A stretch of DNA of 64,000 bases from Octopus sinensis (lineage: Eukaryota). The DNA lies in contig NW_021833069.1 of NCBI RefSeq assembly GCF_006345805.1, positions 1 through 64,000 of the forward strand. Direction: 5' to 3'. Position 1 is the stretch's first letter, and every line of letters starts with the position of its first letter. Positions 38,782-51,169 of this stretch are shown piece after piece. The notes under the pieces are model-generated. The model was not told the DNA's origin. It saw only the letters and a program-made list of their open reading frames with translations, and searched no databases. A program made the translations under genes and the position numbers.

Positions 38782-41099
38782 CTAGCTCGGCAGCTCGCTT
38801 CGCTCACCGCGACCTAGCTCCTGCGAAGGGCCTGTTTCATCAACAACTATAAGTTTATGTAGATGTATAAAACTACCTGGTTTAATGTAACCCTATTCTA
38901 TCGCCTGTTGATAAACGATGTTTGTCGTCCGTCCTTCCTTGGCATATATGAATAAATTTTCTCTTCTGCCTACCCTCGAGCATCCCACATACAGCTGTCC
39001 ATGTGAAAAGCACTCACTCTCTAAAAATAACCCAACTACCTTTAATGACTGTCCCTGGGCCTTGTTTATTGTCATTGCAAAACTCATCCTCAAAGGAAAT
39101 TGCAGCCTTTTAAATGGTAATTCATCAGAAATTATCGGAATTCCTGGAATATAAACATCCTCACCTCTATACTTACCTGTTAATATCGTCGCCTCTATTA
39201 CGTTAGCCATCAAATTTTTGATAACTAACCTCGTTCCGTTGCATAATTTAGGTGGCGCAAGATTTCGTAATAAAACCACTGGAACGCCTATCTTTAACTT
39301 TAAAAGATGATTCGGCATTCCAGAGGGATCTAAGGAGTTTAAAAATTCAATCCGGTTGAATTTTTAGAAAATAACAAAAAAATAAAAAAAAACAAATAAA
39401 AAAACTTTAAAAATTTGTAAAATAGTATAAACAAAAAAAATCTCTGCCGCCACGGCAACAACCTGTCTAACTTTTTTAACAGCCAATTAAGATAATGCTT
39501 AAGAGCCTTTATAGTCCGGAGATTTAGCTTAGTGACCTTGATTAGACAAACCACTGGCGGAATGGGGCAGACGGAAATGGGGAGGCGGAGATACGGCAGG
39601 AAGAGTAGCAGCAGCCAAAAAAGCGACACACAAAAAAGATTTAATTAATTACCTTAAGCTGACCGTTTTTTCTTCAGCTTCGTTTTTCCTCCTTCGGTTA
39701 TCTATTGAAAAAATTATTTTTGAATAATAAAAAAGTTTAGGAAAAGAGGCATACCGAAAATAAATTCTATCTTTACGAAAAACTTAACTAAATAGTTAAT
39801 ATTTTTACGTAAATTCTTCTGATTGCGCTGTCAATTGGTGGTAAATTGTGTTAATGATTGTGCTAATGTGGTTTCAACTATCAAAGTGTTTTTCAAAATC
39901 TGTTAATTGCACACTCTATTCAAGGTCGTGCAATCTGTAATTGCACATTCTGTCAAAGTCAAATATGATAATAGCTTTAATTTGATTCATGTCGATAATG
40001 ATATATGCATTTAATTTTAAAGAGAAAAACATAGGATGAATTGAATTTCTTTCTCGCGAATAATTAGGAGTTCATCAGTGTTAATATTCTCGCTGTCGTT
40101 TTCATCAAGGATATTCTTAATACGTGAGATTTTTGCCTCGAAGGTTTTAATGGACCTCATCATGAATGTCGAGGACATTAACGTTGTTCATTTTAATCAA
40201 ATGCAGAAAATAATTTTTTGATTTTTTGGCGGGAAGGTTTCAAGGACCTCATCATGTAAGTCGAGGACATCGTAGTTGTTCATTTTAACCAAAATGCAGA
40301 AAATTTTTTTTTAATTTTTTTTGGGGAAGGTTTTAAGGACCCCATCATGTAAGTCGAGGACTTCGTAGTTGTTCATTTTAACCAAACTGCAGAAAATTTT
40401 TTTTTAATTTTTTTTGGGGAAGGTTTTAAGGACCTCATCATGTAAGTCGAGGACATCGTAGTTGTTCATTTTAACCAAAATGCAGAAAATTTTTTTTTAA
40501 TTTTTTGTGGGGGAAGGTTTTAAGAACCTCATCATGTAAGTCGAGGACATCGTAGTTGTTCATTTTAACCAAAATGCAGAAAATTTTTTTTTAATTTTTT
40601 TTGGGGGGGGGGAAGGTTTTAAGGACCTCATTATGTAAGTCGAGGACATCGTAGTTGTTCATTTTAACCAAAATGCAGAAAATTTTTTTTTAATTTTTTT
40701 TGGGGGGAAGGTTTTAAGGACCTCATCATGAATGTCGAGGACATTAACGTTGTTCATTTTAATCAAATGCAGAAAATAATTTTTTGATTTTTTGGGGGGA
40801 AGGTTTTAAGGACCTCATCATGTAAGTCGAGGACATCGTGGTTGTTCATTTTAACCAAAATGCAGAAATTTTTTTTAATTTTTTTGGGGGGAAGGTTTTA
40901 AGGACCTCATCATGTAAGTCGAGGACATCGTAGGGTGGAAGATTCTTGGAGGAGTTCATGATTTTAAGCTTGTTCCCCATTATTGGCTAATTATAAGGGG
41001 GAAAGATTTTGACAATTTATCTGTACTTTGCCAATTTGAAGTTGGTGTGCACACACAGACAGACAGACAGACACACACCATACCATTTTATTATTAAGA
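38782..41099 (-). mobile_element. Helitron (second copy), precise A|T insertion
   Basis: Minus strand: 5'-TC at 41099, a (CTGT)n tract, helicase ORF 38893-39318 ([41 protein letters not shown]), a hairpin, and CTAG at 38782. No TSD. Confidence 0.92.
40135..40935. repeat. About 8 diverged copies of the 95-bp Helitron repeat unit
   Basis: gaaggttttaaggacctcatcatgtaagtcgaggacatcgtagttgttcattttaaccaaaatgcagaaa(t)n, homologous to the 26935-28710 array. Confidence 0.9.
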
Positions 41100-41596
41100 T
41101 TACCACATATATTTTCAAAATGGTTTCTAACAGTCAATCATAATAAAACGGAATACACAAAAATTGTTCGTGTTGAACGCACCCATGATGAGCCCTGGAG
41201 AAAGCATAAAAAAGTCGGATCACTCCTGGGTGACTCTGAAGATATCACCCATAGAAAGATATTATCGATCGCTGCGTATAACAAATTTTTGAACATTTGG
41301 AGATTAAGGAAACTGAATACAAAGACAAAACTAAAGATATATAACACGTTTATTGTTCCTGTCTTGACGTATAACGGATCGACATGGGGAATCACCAAAG
41401 CTGATATGAACAGTTTGAACCAATTTCATCGAAATCAACTGAGAAGAATTATGAACATACAATTCCCAAGAAAAATATCCAACTCGGCCTTATACAAGAG
41501 ATCTACTCGATACCGATCTCCATGGACATCCTGGAATCCAGATGGAGATTTTTTGGGCACATATTGAGACTGGACAACCTCGCTCCGCCAAACATC

Positions 41597-42005
41597 GGTA
41601 AATTGTGTTAATGATTGTGCTAATGTGGTTTCAACTATCAAAGTGTTTTTCAAAATCTGTTAATTGCACACTCTATTCAAGGTCGTGCAATCTGTAATTG
41701 CACATTCTGTCAAAGTCAAATATGATAATAGCTTTAATTTTGATTCATGTCGATAATGATATATGCATTTAATTTTAAAGAGAAAAACATAGGATGAATT
41801 GAATTTCTTTATCGCGAATAATTGGGAGTTCATCATTGTTAATATTCTCGCTGTCGTTTTCATCAAGGATATTCTTAATACGTGAGATTTTTGCCTTGAA
41901 GGTTTTAATGGACCTCATCATGAATGTCGAGGACATTCGCGTTGTTAATTTTAATCAAAATGCAGAAAATAATTTTTGATTTTTGGGGGAAAGGTTTAAG
42001 GACTT
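41597..42005. repeat. Near-identical duplicate of Helitron internal segment 39840-40190 plus one 95-bp unit
   Basis: ggtaaattgtgttaatgattgtgctaatgtgg.. occurs at both 39840 and 41597. Confidence 0.85.
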
Positions 42006-43965
42006 CATCTAATCTCAATTTATTACCTAATCTCAAGTACCCTTTTTTCCTCATATCTAGGAACCTCTCCAAATTGCACAATATATTACATAATTTATTA
42101 AATAATCTCAAAGTACCCTTGTTTTCTCATATCTAGGAACCTATCCAAATTGCATAATATATTACGTAATTTATTACATAATCTCAAGTATCCTCGTATC
42201 TACACATTTAGGCACCTCTTAAAATTGCATAATATATTACGCAATTTATTACCTAATCTCAAGTACCCTTTTTTTCTCATATCTAGGAACCTCTCCAAAT
42301 TGCATAATATATTACGTAATTTATTACATAATCTCAAGTATCCTCGTATCTACACATTTAGGCACCTCTTAAAATTGCATAATATATTACGCAATTTATT
42401 ACCTAATCTCAAGTACCCTTGTTTCCTCATATCTAGGAACCTCTCCAAATTGCATAATATATAACGTAATTTATTACTTAATCTCAAGTATCCTCGTATC
42501 TACACATTTAGGCTCCTCTTAAAATTGCATAATATATTACGCAATTTATTACCTAATCTCAAGTACCCTTGTTTCCTCATTTCTAGAAACTTCTCCAAAT
42601 TGCATAATATATTACGTAATTATTACATAATCTCAAGTATCCTCGTATCTACATATTTAGGAACCTCCCCAAATTGCATAATATATTACGCAATTTATTA
42701 CCTAATCTCAAGTACCCTTGTTTCCTCATTTCTAGAAACTTCTCCAAATTGCATAATATATTACGTAATTATTACATAATCTCAAGTATCCTCGTATCTA
42801 CATATTTAGGAACCTCCCCAAATTGCATAATATATTACGCAATTTATTACCTAATCTCAAGTACCCTTGTTTCCTCATATCTAGGAACCTCTCCAAATTG
42901 CATAATATATTACGTAATTTATTACATAATCTCAGTATCCTCGTATCTACACATTTAGGCACCTCTTAAAATTGCATTATATATTACGCAATTTATTACC
43001 TAATCTCAAGTACCCTTGTTTCCTCATTTCTAGAAACCTCTCCAAATTGCATAATATATTACGTAATTTATTACATAATCTCAAGTATCCTCGTATCTAC
43101 ACATTTAGGCACCTCTTAAAATTGCATAATATATTACGCAATTTATTACCTAATCTCAAGTACCCTTGTTTCCTCATATCTAGGAACCTCTCCAAATTGC
43201 ATAATATATTACGTAATTTATTACATAATCTCAAGTATCCTCGTATCTACACATTTAGGCACCTCTTAAAATTGCATAATATATTACGCAATTTATTACC
43301 TAATCTCAAGTACCCTTGTTTCCTCATATCTAGGAACCTCTCCAAATTGCATAATATATTACGTAATTTATTACATAATCTCAAGTATCCTCGTATCTAC
43401 ACATTTAGGCACCTCTTAAAATTGCATAATATATTACGCAATTTATTACCTAATCTCAAGTACCCTTGTTTCCTCATATCTAGGAACCTCTCCAAATTGC
43501 ATAATATATTACGTAATTTATTACATAATCTCAAGTATCCTCGTATCTACACATTTAGGCACCTCTTAAAATTGCATAATATATTACGCAATTTATTACC
43601 TAATCTCAAGTACCCTTGTTTCCTCATATCTAGGAACCTCTCCAAATTGCACAATATATTACGTAATTTATTATCTAATCTCGAGTACCCTTGTTTCCTC
43701 ATATCTAGGAACTTCTCCAAATTGCAAAATATATTACGTAATTTATTACTTAATCTCAAGTATCCTCGTATCTACACATTTAGTCACCTCTTAAAATTGC
43801 ATAATATATTACGCAATTTATTACCTAATCTCAAGTACCCTTGTTTCCTCATTTCTAGAAACTTCTCCAAATTGCATAATATATTACGTAATTATTACAT
43901 AATCTCAAGTATCCTCGTATTTACATATTTAGGCACCTCCCAAAATTGCATAATATATTACGCAA
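42005..43965. repeat. 75-bp monomer / 150-bp dimer higher-order satellite, about 26 monomers
   Basis: Alternating A (..gtatcctcgtatctacacatttaggcacctctta) and B (..gtacccttgtttcctcatatctaggaacctctcc) monomers. Each carries the near-palindrome AATTGCATAATATATTACG(C/T)AATT. Confidence 0.95.
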
Positions 43966-44059
43966 TTAATTAGGCAATGTATTATTATTTATTTAATGGG
44001 AGTCAATAAAAAATAAGAATTAATTCGTATAAAAAAATTCAAAATCTTAATCAAATTTT

Positions 44060-45240
44060 TTTAATCTACGGAGCACAGTCAATGTCAGGAAATAAATCTG
44101 GTCTTCAAGCTCTTGTAAAAAACAGAGCACCAGAAATTATCTGGACGCACTGCATGCTGCACAGATCAGCACTTGTCTCAAAGAATATGAGTCCAGAACT
44201 GAACGATATTTTTGCGCAAATTACAAAAGTTATAACTACATAAAACACAGTCCTTTAAGAGCTAAGCTTTTTGCAAAGCTGTGTGAAGATATGGATTCAA
44301 AATATACATCGCTTTTATACTATTGTGAGGTACGCTGGCTATCTCGTGCAAAAGTGATTAGAAGGGTGTTTGAACTCAAAGATCAAGTTGCAGATTTTCT
44401 TGATGAAAATGATATTGAAGATGCAAAGTTGTTCAGGGATGATGACTTTATTGTCAAATTTGCCTATTTAGTTGACATTTTTGGGAAATTGAGTATATTG
44501 AATAAATCAATGCAGGGACCACAACTACATTTATTCTCTCAAAAGGACAAAATAAAAGCATTTATGAAAAAATTGGTATTATGGAAATCAAATATACAAA
44601 AAAATATCTATGACATGTTTCCACTTTTAAACACCTTTTGCGCCATAGTGAACATTGAAGCAAACAAAGACATATTTGCTGAACATTTGGATTGTTTGTT
44701 GAAGCATTTTGCTCACTATTTTAAAGATCTCGACTGTAAAATGTTCGAATGGATACAGAATCCATTTATTGATGAAGAAGATAATCAATTTGCATTGACA
44801 ACTTTTGAAAAAGAAAAATTGATAGAATTGTCATGCGATACATTATTGAAACAAAAATTTGAGAGAGAACCGCTAATTTCTTTTTGGTTGAATGTAAGAA
44901 CGGAATATGAAATTTTGTCGAATAAAGCAATGAAAGTTTTGTTGCCATTTGCTACTTCATATTTATGCGAAACTGGATTTTCTGCACTAGCTGCAATTAA
45001 ATCTAAATATCGAACTCGTTTAGTAGTGACTAATGAGCTAAGAGTAGCACTCTCTGCGATGACACCAAGATTTGAAAAACTTTGCGCCAAGATGGAAAAA
45101 AAATTATCTCATTAACTTTTTGTTTTAAAAAATTGTTTTTGATAAAATAATAATTGTATTATATTATGGAATATAAAGGGAGGCGCAAGATTGTACTTTT
45201 TCTCTAAGGGAGGCGCGTAAAAAAAAGCTTGGAAACTCTG
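44060..45240 (+). mobile_element. hAT (Buster/ZBED5-like) transposase 3' half with right terminus
   Basis: HCMLHR, YCEVRWLSRAKV, FATSYLCETGFS and KSKYRTRL. Ends TTGGAAACTCTG followed by the nnnTAnnn flank TCTTAGAG. The left part is missing. Confidence 0.88.
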
Positions 45241-46360
45241 TCTTAGAGTTTGGATCATTGAAGATCCAATGTTTTCAATATACTCAAGATTTTCTATATT
45301 AAAGAATTCTTCTTGATTATAGAACTCTTTTAATTTTTTTTTAAGCGATAAAATCCACGTTAATGGTAACAACTTTCTGACTTTGTTCACACGGTTCTTC
45401 GCTAATTTCTTGTTCTATTTTTTCTGAATTATTTAATTCAAGTTCTTCACTTTCATTATATTCAATCTCAATATAAAGACTTTCTTCTAACGGATCAATA
45501 ATATCCATTTTTTCCAGAATATTATCATAATTTTCAATTAAGGGATTTTCATAATTAATATTTTCATTGTTTTGAGTCCATTTTGCATGAATGAAACAAT
45601 TTAAAATTAAGGAACTTTCTATTTTGTTCCAAGCATAATATGTAAATAATATTGAATCTTTTATGCTTAGTTGTTTGTGTGCAACATAGGGGTTTGTCCC
45701 AGCTTCAATTTTTTGAATTATATTAGAAAATTTTAGAGAATTGAATTTACATTTATACGATTTAATTATGCCCTGATCCATGGGCTGTAAAAAAGATGTT
45801 GATTTTATTTTTGATTAATTCAATGAAATCTGATACTAAATTAGGGTCAAAATTTGGAGTTGCAGATTCTTCAGTAATCCCGAGATTCAATGCAAAGGCT
45901 TTTGCTTTCTCAGTAATAATCCTATCATTTAAAATGGCTCCTTTAAGATCCATTGAATTGACCCAAGCAATAGTATTATCATCGATTTCAGCAAACTTTA
46001 AATATTGTTTGCGGGAAATGTCAGATCTTAGGTTATGAAACATAATGTTAGATCAAACTTCAAAATCTCAATTTTTTGATTGTTTTTTAGTCTTGTACAG
46101 TTACGTTTCATTAATACAACAACAAAGACAGATGTAACGTGTTAATAAATTGATTATATACCAGTAAATTTAATTAAAAAAATTATTTAAAATTAGGACA
46201 CATGGCGGATTCATTATAAAAAATATGGCGGATTCGAGAATTTGGCGGATTCGAGAATTTTTTCTAGGAAAAATGGCGGATAAGAGAATTTATTAATTAT
46301 AATTGGCGGATTCGAGGGTATGGCGGATTCGAGAGTCGGCGGATTCGAGAGACTTTACTG
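45241..46360 (-). mobile_element. pogo/Tigger-like deletion derivative
   Basis: CENP-B-type HTH (IITEKAKAFALNLG), MDQGIIKSYK..AWNKI..CF, GGCGGATTCGAGA subterminal repeats, and terminus ..tttactg|TA at 46360. Confidence 0.75.
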
Positions 46361-47258
46361 TAATTCGAATTTGACTCATCACTTAGTTCTGCATTTGTTC
46401 CGTCGAACATTAACAATGCATTTATTTGATCTTCTGTTTTCTCCGAATCTCTTTTATCCCCCATAAAAATTTTGAAGGGCGCCCATTTCGTAGTTTCATG
46501 TTGTGTAGTGTTATATTTGTATACAATTTCTTGATAAAATTCCTTGAATTTCCCTAGCATTCCGTTGTATGCACTTGTAGAGCTAATCCATCTTTTAATT
46601 GATTGATTAAACCTACAAATAAATTGACTATAAGGAACCACTCCACTTGCCCCTGAACCCAGGGTGCTCTAGGTCGTCCACATATATAAGTGATGTTTAG
46701 TAATTCGGAGCACATTAATTCCATGCATTTATTCTTGAACTAAAATTTGGATTCTGGAAGTTTTACCACTGCAAATTTGGAAAAGGAGTCGATTACAACA
46801 ACCAACTATGACTTTTTTTTGATTTTTTATCTGTTACTATGACTTATTCAAAAAAAGACCCATCCATAATTGCTGTTAAGGTTTGAATATCTCCTTAGAT
46901 CCACTAAATCTGCAATATACCGATCTCTAGGTCCTCTTGCAATTATGTGGGTGATAGTTGGATTTGTTGCCATGAAATTTTTCGACTAACACTGATTAAC
47001 AACATTACTTGGCAATAGACACATTTTGCTATCACACTACAAATTTCTTCCCTTGTTACTGTATATATTTGGTCTCTTAGTTTATTAATAAAAAGTTGTA
47101 GTTTTCACGCTAAAATATTTAAAAAAAAGAACAATAAATTATTAAAATAATTAAGAAAATTATTATTTCCAATGAAATTAAATATATAAAAATATTATTA
47201 TTATAAAATATGGCAGTAGGTGGGTTATCCAACCCAGTGGGCTATAAAACCGGTGACA
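46361..47258 (-). mobile_element. Ginger-like integrase fragment with 5' terminus
   Basis: PRDRYIADLVDL, VIDSFSKFA, GRPRAPWVQGQVE and FNQSIKRW. The GTGACA end is at 47258. The 3' part is cut by the pogo element. Confidence 0.8.
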
Positions 47259-47288
47259 AAGGTTATAATTAGTTTTAAATTAATCAGT

Positions 47289-47878
47289 GGAGGAATAGTC
47301 GATTCCAAAGGACTACACCCTTTGTCTTGCAAGAGGAGTGCAGGTCGCGCTCCCCGCCATGCCGCACTCAACGACATAATACGACGGGCCCTCGAGAGCG
47401 CAGGATTTCCAGCACACCTGGAACCCATCGGGCTTGACCGGGGAGATGGCAGAAGGCCCGATGGGATAACTCTTTTCCCGTACTCCCAGGGAAAATCACT
47501 CGCATGGGATGCGACGTGCGTAGACACGTTCTCCCAGTCCATGATTCTTCGGAATATTCATTCGCCCGGTTGGGCTGCTAATGCAGCAGAAAAGGCGAAG
47601 ATATATAAGTATTTGGAGATCGGAAAACTTTTCCGTTTTGTCCCAATCTCGATAGAGACGTCTGGTGTAGTGGGATCCAAAACCGCGGAATTTCTCAAGG
47701 AAATTGGGGCGATGCTGGCTAAACGAAGGAGGGACAGTCGCGAGGGGTATTGGCTTCGCCAACGTATCGGAATTGCAGTTCTTCGTGGCAACACGCACGC
47801 GATACTGGCTGCCGGAGCGTGACGATTTATAATATAAAACTAATCTAGCTTCGTTTTGGTTAATAAAATTAAATTTTC
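47289..47878 (+). mobile_element. 5'-truncated CRE-clade element with 11-bp TSD
   Basis: GLHPLSC..RHAALND, LEPIGL..RRPDG..AWDATCVDT and IETSG motifs. TSD AATTAATCAGT at 47278-47288 and 47879-47889. Confidence 0.88.
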
Positions 47879-48105
47879 AATTAATCAGTTATAAAATTTA
47901 TAACTTTATATATTGTATCGGATCCACCCAACGGAAACGACACGCCCTTGCAACAACAGCTATCCCCATAGTCTCCCATATCTTAAGCATTTCGGTCTTT
48001 TGCTGGGTACCCTACTTTGTCAGTCCGTGCAGCCGCCGATAGAACACCCTTCGTTTAAACTTAAACAGGGTGTTTTCTCCCCTGCGTGATACCGAGACTT
48101 ATAAG

Positions 48106-50597
48106 TAGGGCGATTTTTCTTAACCTGAAAAATAAAAATTTTAACCTAAAAACTTTAACTTTATTATGTCGCGAGCGCAGCGCGCGACCGAGCGCTAGAC
48201 GCGACTTTGACAGCTAACAAGCCTGTCATCAACAAATATATTTATTAAATTATTTAAAATTTTAACATGATTTAAAATTAAAATTGAAATAACTTAAGTT
48301 TTCCATTGAATCCCATAAAATAATTTATAAGTAGACCTTAATAGAAAAAGTAAAATCAATGAATACTGAACGCTAATTTGGTTTAGGTTGTGAGGGGGGT
48401 AATAATTTGACAGATCTCATTGCTATTTTTTCGTTTTAATCTCTAAAATTAGGTCTTCTAATCAAAAATGAACTGTGCAGACAGGCTTGCTCCTTCAGAA
48501 GATTCTTGTTTTGACATTTTAATAAATTATGAAGCATTTAGATTTTTTCTCATTATTCTAAAATATCAATTATAAATTTTAAAATATTATTTTTATTTTA
48601 TGAAATCGGTTTTAAAGCTTATTCTGCTTTGGCATCGATTTTAATTTTTGTTATCGAATATATTTAAACCCAAATACCAGCCCGTGTATTTGTCAATTTA
48701 TAGATTTGTTGATTGATCGGATCTAGAAATTGAGTGGTCGCTCGCTGCGCTCGGTCGCTCGCTGCGCTCGCGACATATTAACCTAAAAACTAAAAAAATT
48801 AACCCAAAAATTTAACTTTATAAATAAACAATAAAAACACTAAAACTGTTTGTTGCACATACAAATTACATAATTTTCTAAATTTTCTTGTAGAAAATTT
48901 CGGTTGGATCTTAGAAAACTCTTTATTAGAGAGAAAGTTCTTTCAACCGAGCACGAGGTCGGCTGACAATTCAGAAGTAATGCATACTCGGCAGGAGATA
49001 TTTGTAAATTAGTCATTCTAATTATGTCCGAAATATCGTTTGTTTTAATCCTTTTAATTATGTATTCTTTGATAAATTTGTCGTCATTCCCAAATTCCAA
49101 CGATTCTAAACAATAATATGCCTGTTCAATTGTGAAGCGCGTACTTTCAAACTTCGTAATAATATCTGCAATAGCGACATTTACTCGAAAACCTGGAATG
49201 TTTGAATAGCTTCGGATAAGGTCACATAGACTGCTCACTAATACATGGTTTCGAAGACTTTCTTTGGCTGTTCGAACTAGATATCCATCATCCGCGAATG
49301 ATTCGAAAATATTTTGTACTCCGGTCAGATTTTCTGAATAGTAAGTAGCGGGCTTAAGCCAACTCCCCCATCTTGTCAAATGCACACGATGTGGAATGGC
49401 GATGTTTCTGTCTTTAAATATTCGTTTTATTGTATTGTTCTTGTTAATTGCTGCTTGTACAGTAGCAATCATCAAATCAATTTCCGGATAGGAGGCTTTT
49501 ATTTTCTCACAACAATTGTGTAATAGATGAACAGTACATGTGATATGGAATAACTTGGGGTACAGATTTTTAAGTATTTTGCCAGCTAAAACTTAAACAT
49601 AAAATTTTACCCGATTTCATATAATTTGCGGCATCCGAAATTAACAAAAGGAAATTTTCCCTTTGAACCAAATTATTCCGAAGTACATCGTCGACTATTT
49701 GAGCAATGATGTTCTTGTTAGGAGCAGATTCTACCGGCTTAAACGATATCAGATATGTTGTTTCAGGAGAATTTAACAATCTAATCATCACAGCAACGTA
49801 TCTTTGGCCACGAATTTGTGTTTCATCAGCAATAGCAAAAACCTTTTGATCGCTACGAAATAAAGTAAATTTTTATACGCAATTTTTTGTTGAATTATCA
49901 ATTTTTGATCAATTGCGATTTGATTGACACAGCTTCTAGCCTTCAATGGTGAGGGTACTCGCACAGAACCTCCGTAAAACAATTCTCTAAGCCATGGCAT
50001 AGATAGTTTGTTTAGCTGAATGTCGGATTTAATGAATGCTCTGGTTACCTGTAGAGCCCAATCATCATTTTTGGCATATTGGTCAATATTTGTTTGGTGT
50101 GATGTGGTCAGATAATCTACAAAAAAAAATTTTTGTTTCGAATAAACTCAATGAATTTTGATGTTTCTGTGAGGATCGATGAAAATTTACAAAATGCCTT
50201 TTTTCGCATTTAATATTACACAAACAGAGACGACAATATAATACACCATCCTCAAGAATCATAAATTCTTCCGGATAATCCTTAACAATGGCTTTAGCTT
50301 TGATTTGATACGATTTTGCTATCTTAGGCATGTCAACCAAAAATTTTTGTTACAAAATGTATTATTTATTTATTTTATTTATTATTTAAAGACCAATACG
50401 GGCAAAAAATTAATAAATTATATCAAAAATTATAAGGTTAAAATAATTTTAACCTTATAATTTTAAATTTTAACTTTTTAACCTAATAATAATGTTTAAT
50501 ATGCATTTATTTATAATAAAATATAGTTAAAAAATCATTTAAATTATTATTTATTTACTATTATTAAATTTTAACTTTTTTAACTTAGTTCGCCCTA
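48106..50597 (-). mobile_element. hAT-superfamily element (CGGBP1-like transposase, decayed), both ends intact
   Basis: TAGGGCGA..TCGCCCTA termini and an 8-bp TSD CTTATAAG. BED-like finger (LYCRLC..HRSSQKH), LLISDAANYM, LTRWGSW and PTSCSVERTFS. The ORF is broken. Confidence 0.85.
48167..48775. mobile_element. TGTC..GACA MITE nested in the hAT end, 5-bp TSD TATTA
   Basis: TIR TGTCGCGAGCGCAGCG. TATTA lies at 48162-48166 and 48776-48780. Confidence 0.85.
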
Positions 50598-50639
50598 CTT
50601 ATAAGTATAAAGCTTTATCTGATAAAGGATATACAAATA

Positions 50640-51165
50640 GAGCCTTACGCACGATCCCATAAGATATTGCATAATACGATAACTAATACAAGTTGGTTTA
50701 TCTACGATAACTAATACATTGCGCAAACAAGGAATTCATAAAAGGAGGGCACGACATATTCCTCTACTAAGAAAAGTCCATATATCAGCGCGACTAAAAT
50801 TCGCTCAGAATATTATAAATAAAGATTTAAAATATATATAATGAACATATTATGGTCAGATGAAACCAAAATTGAACTTTTTGGCCTCAATTATAACAAA
50901 TATATTTGGAGGAAAAAAAATCAATAATATGACAAAAAATGTACCATACCGAAGGTTAAGCATGGAGGAGGCAGCATAATGTTTTGGGCGTGTTTTTCGT
51001 CTCAAGGAGTGGGTTAACTATTTTTCATAGATGGAATATTGAATGCCTAGATGTACGTCGAAATTTTGGAAAATTTTTTAGTTACGTCCATCAATAAATT
51101 AAAGCTAAGAAGCAATTGGACGTTTCAACACAACAACGATCCCAAACATTAAGCTAAAATAACTA
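50640..51165 (+). mobile_element. Tc1-like transposase remnant
   Basis: LWSDETKIELFG, KHGGGSIMFWACFS and FQHNNDPKH, with in-frame stops. Confidence 0.85.
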
Positions 51166-51169
51166 CGTC

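Larger units (their letters stand above)
38060..41596 (+). mobile_element. RTE-like LINE split by a Helitron
   Basis: QSGFRTGRST, DMSRAFDSV, QGDLISP and YADDVDF lie left of 38781. The frame resumes at 41100 (IIET|LPHIFSKW) with VGSLLGDSEDI and YNTFIVPVLTY. Confidence 0.88.

Noticed and set aside
39339-39629. Signal-peptide-like 96-aa ORF as a secreted protein
   Set aside because: GTG start, the hydrophobicity comes from T-rich sequence, and it lies inside a Helitron.
42972-43973. 333-aa ORF with 25-residue leucine-rich repeats (LPNLKYP..)
   Set aside because: It is the translation of the 75-bp satellite. Neighbouring units carry 1-nt deletions that break the frame, there is no ATG or unique domain, and the LxxLxLxxN consensus is not met.
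44291-45115. Domesticated ZBED5, SCAND3 or GTF2IRD2 host genes (also 51187-52104 and 52888-54317)
   Set aside because: TIRs, TSD-like flanks, truncations and frameshifts show that these are transposon copies.
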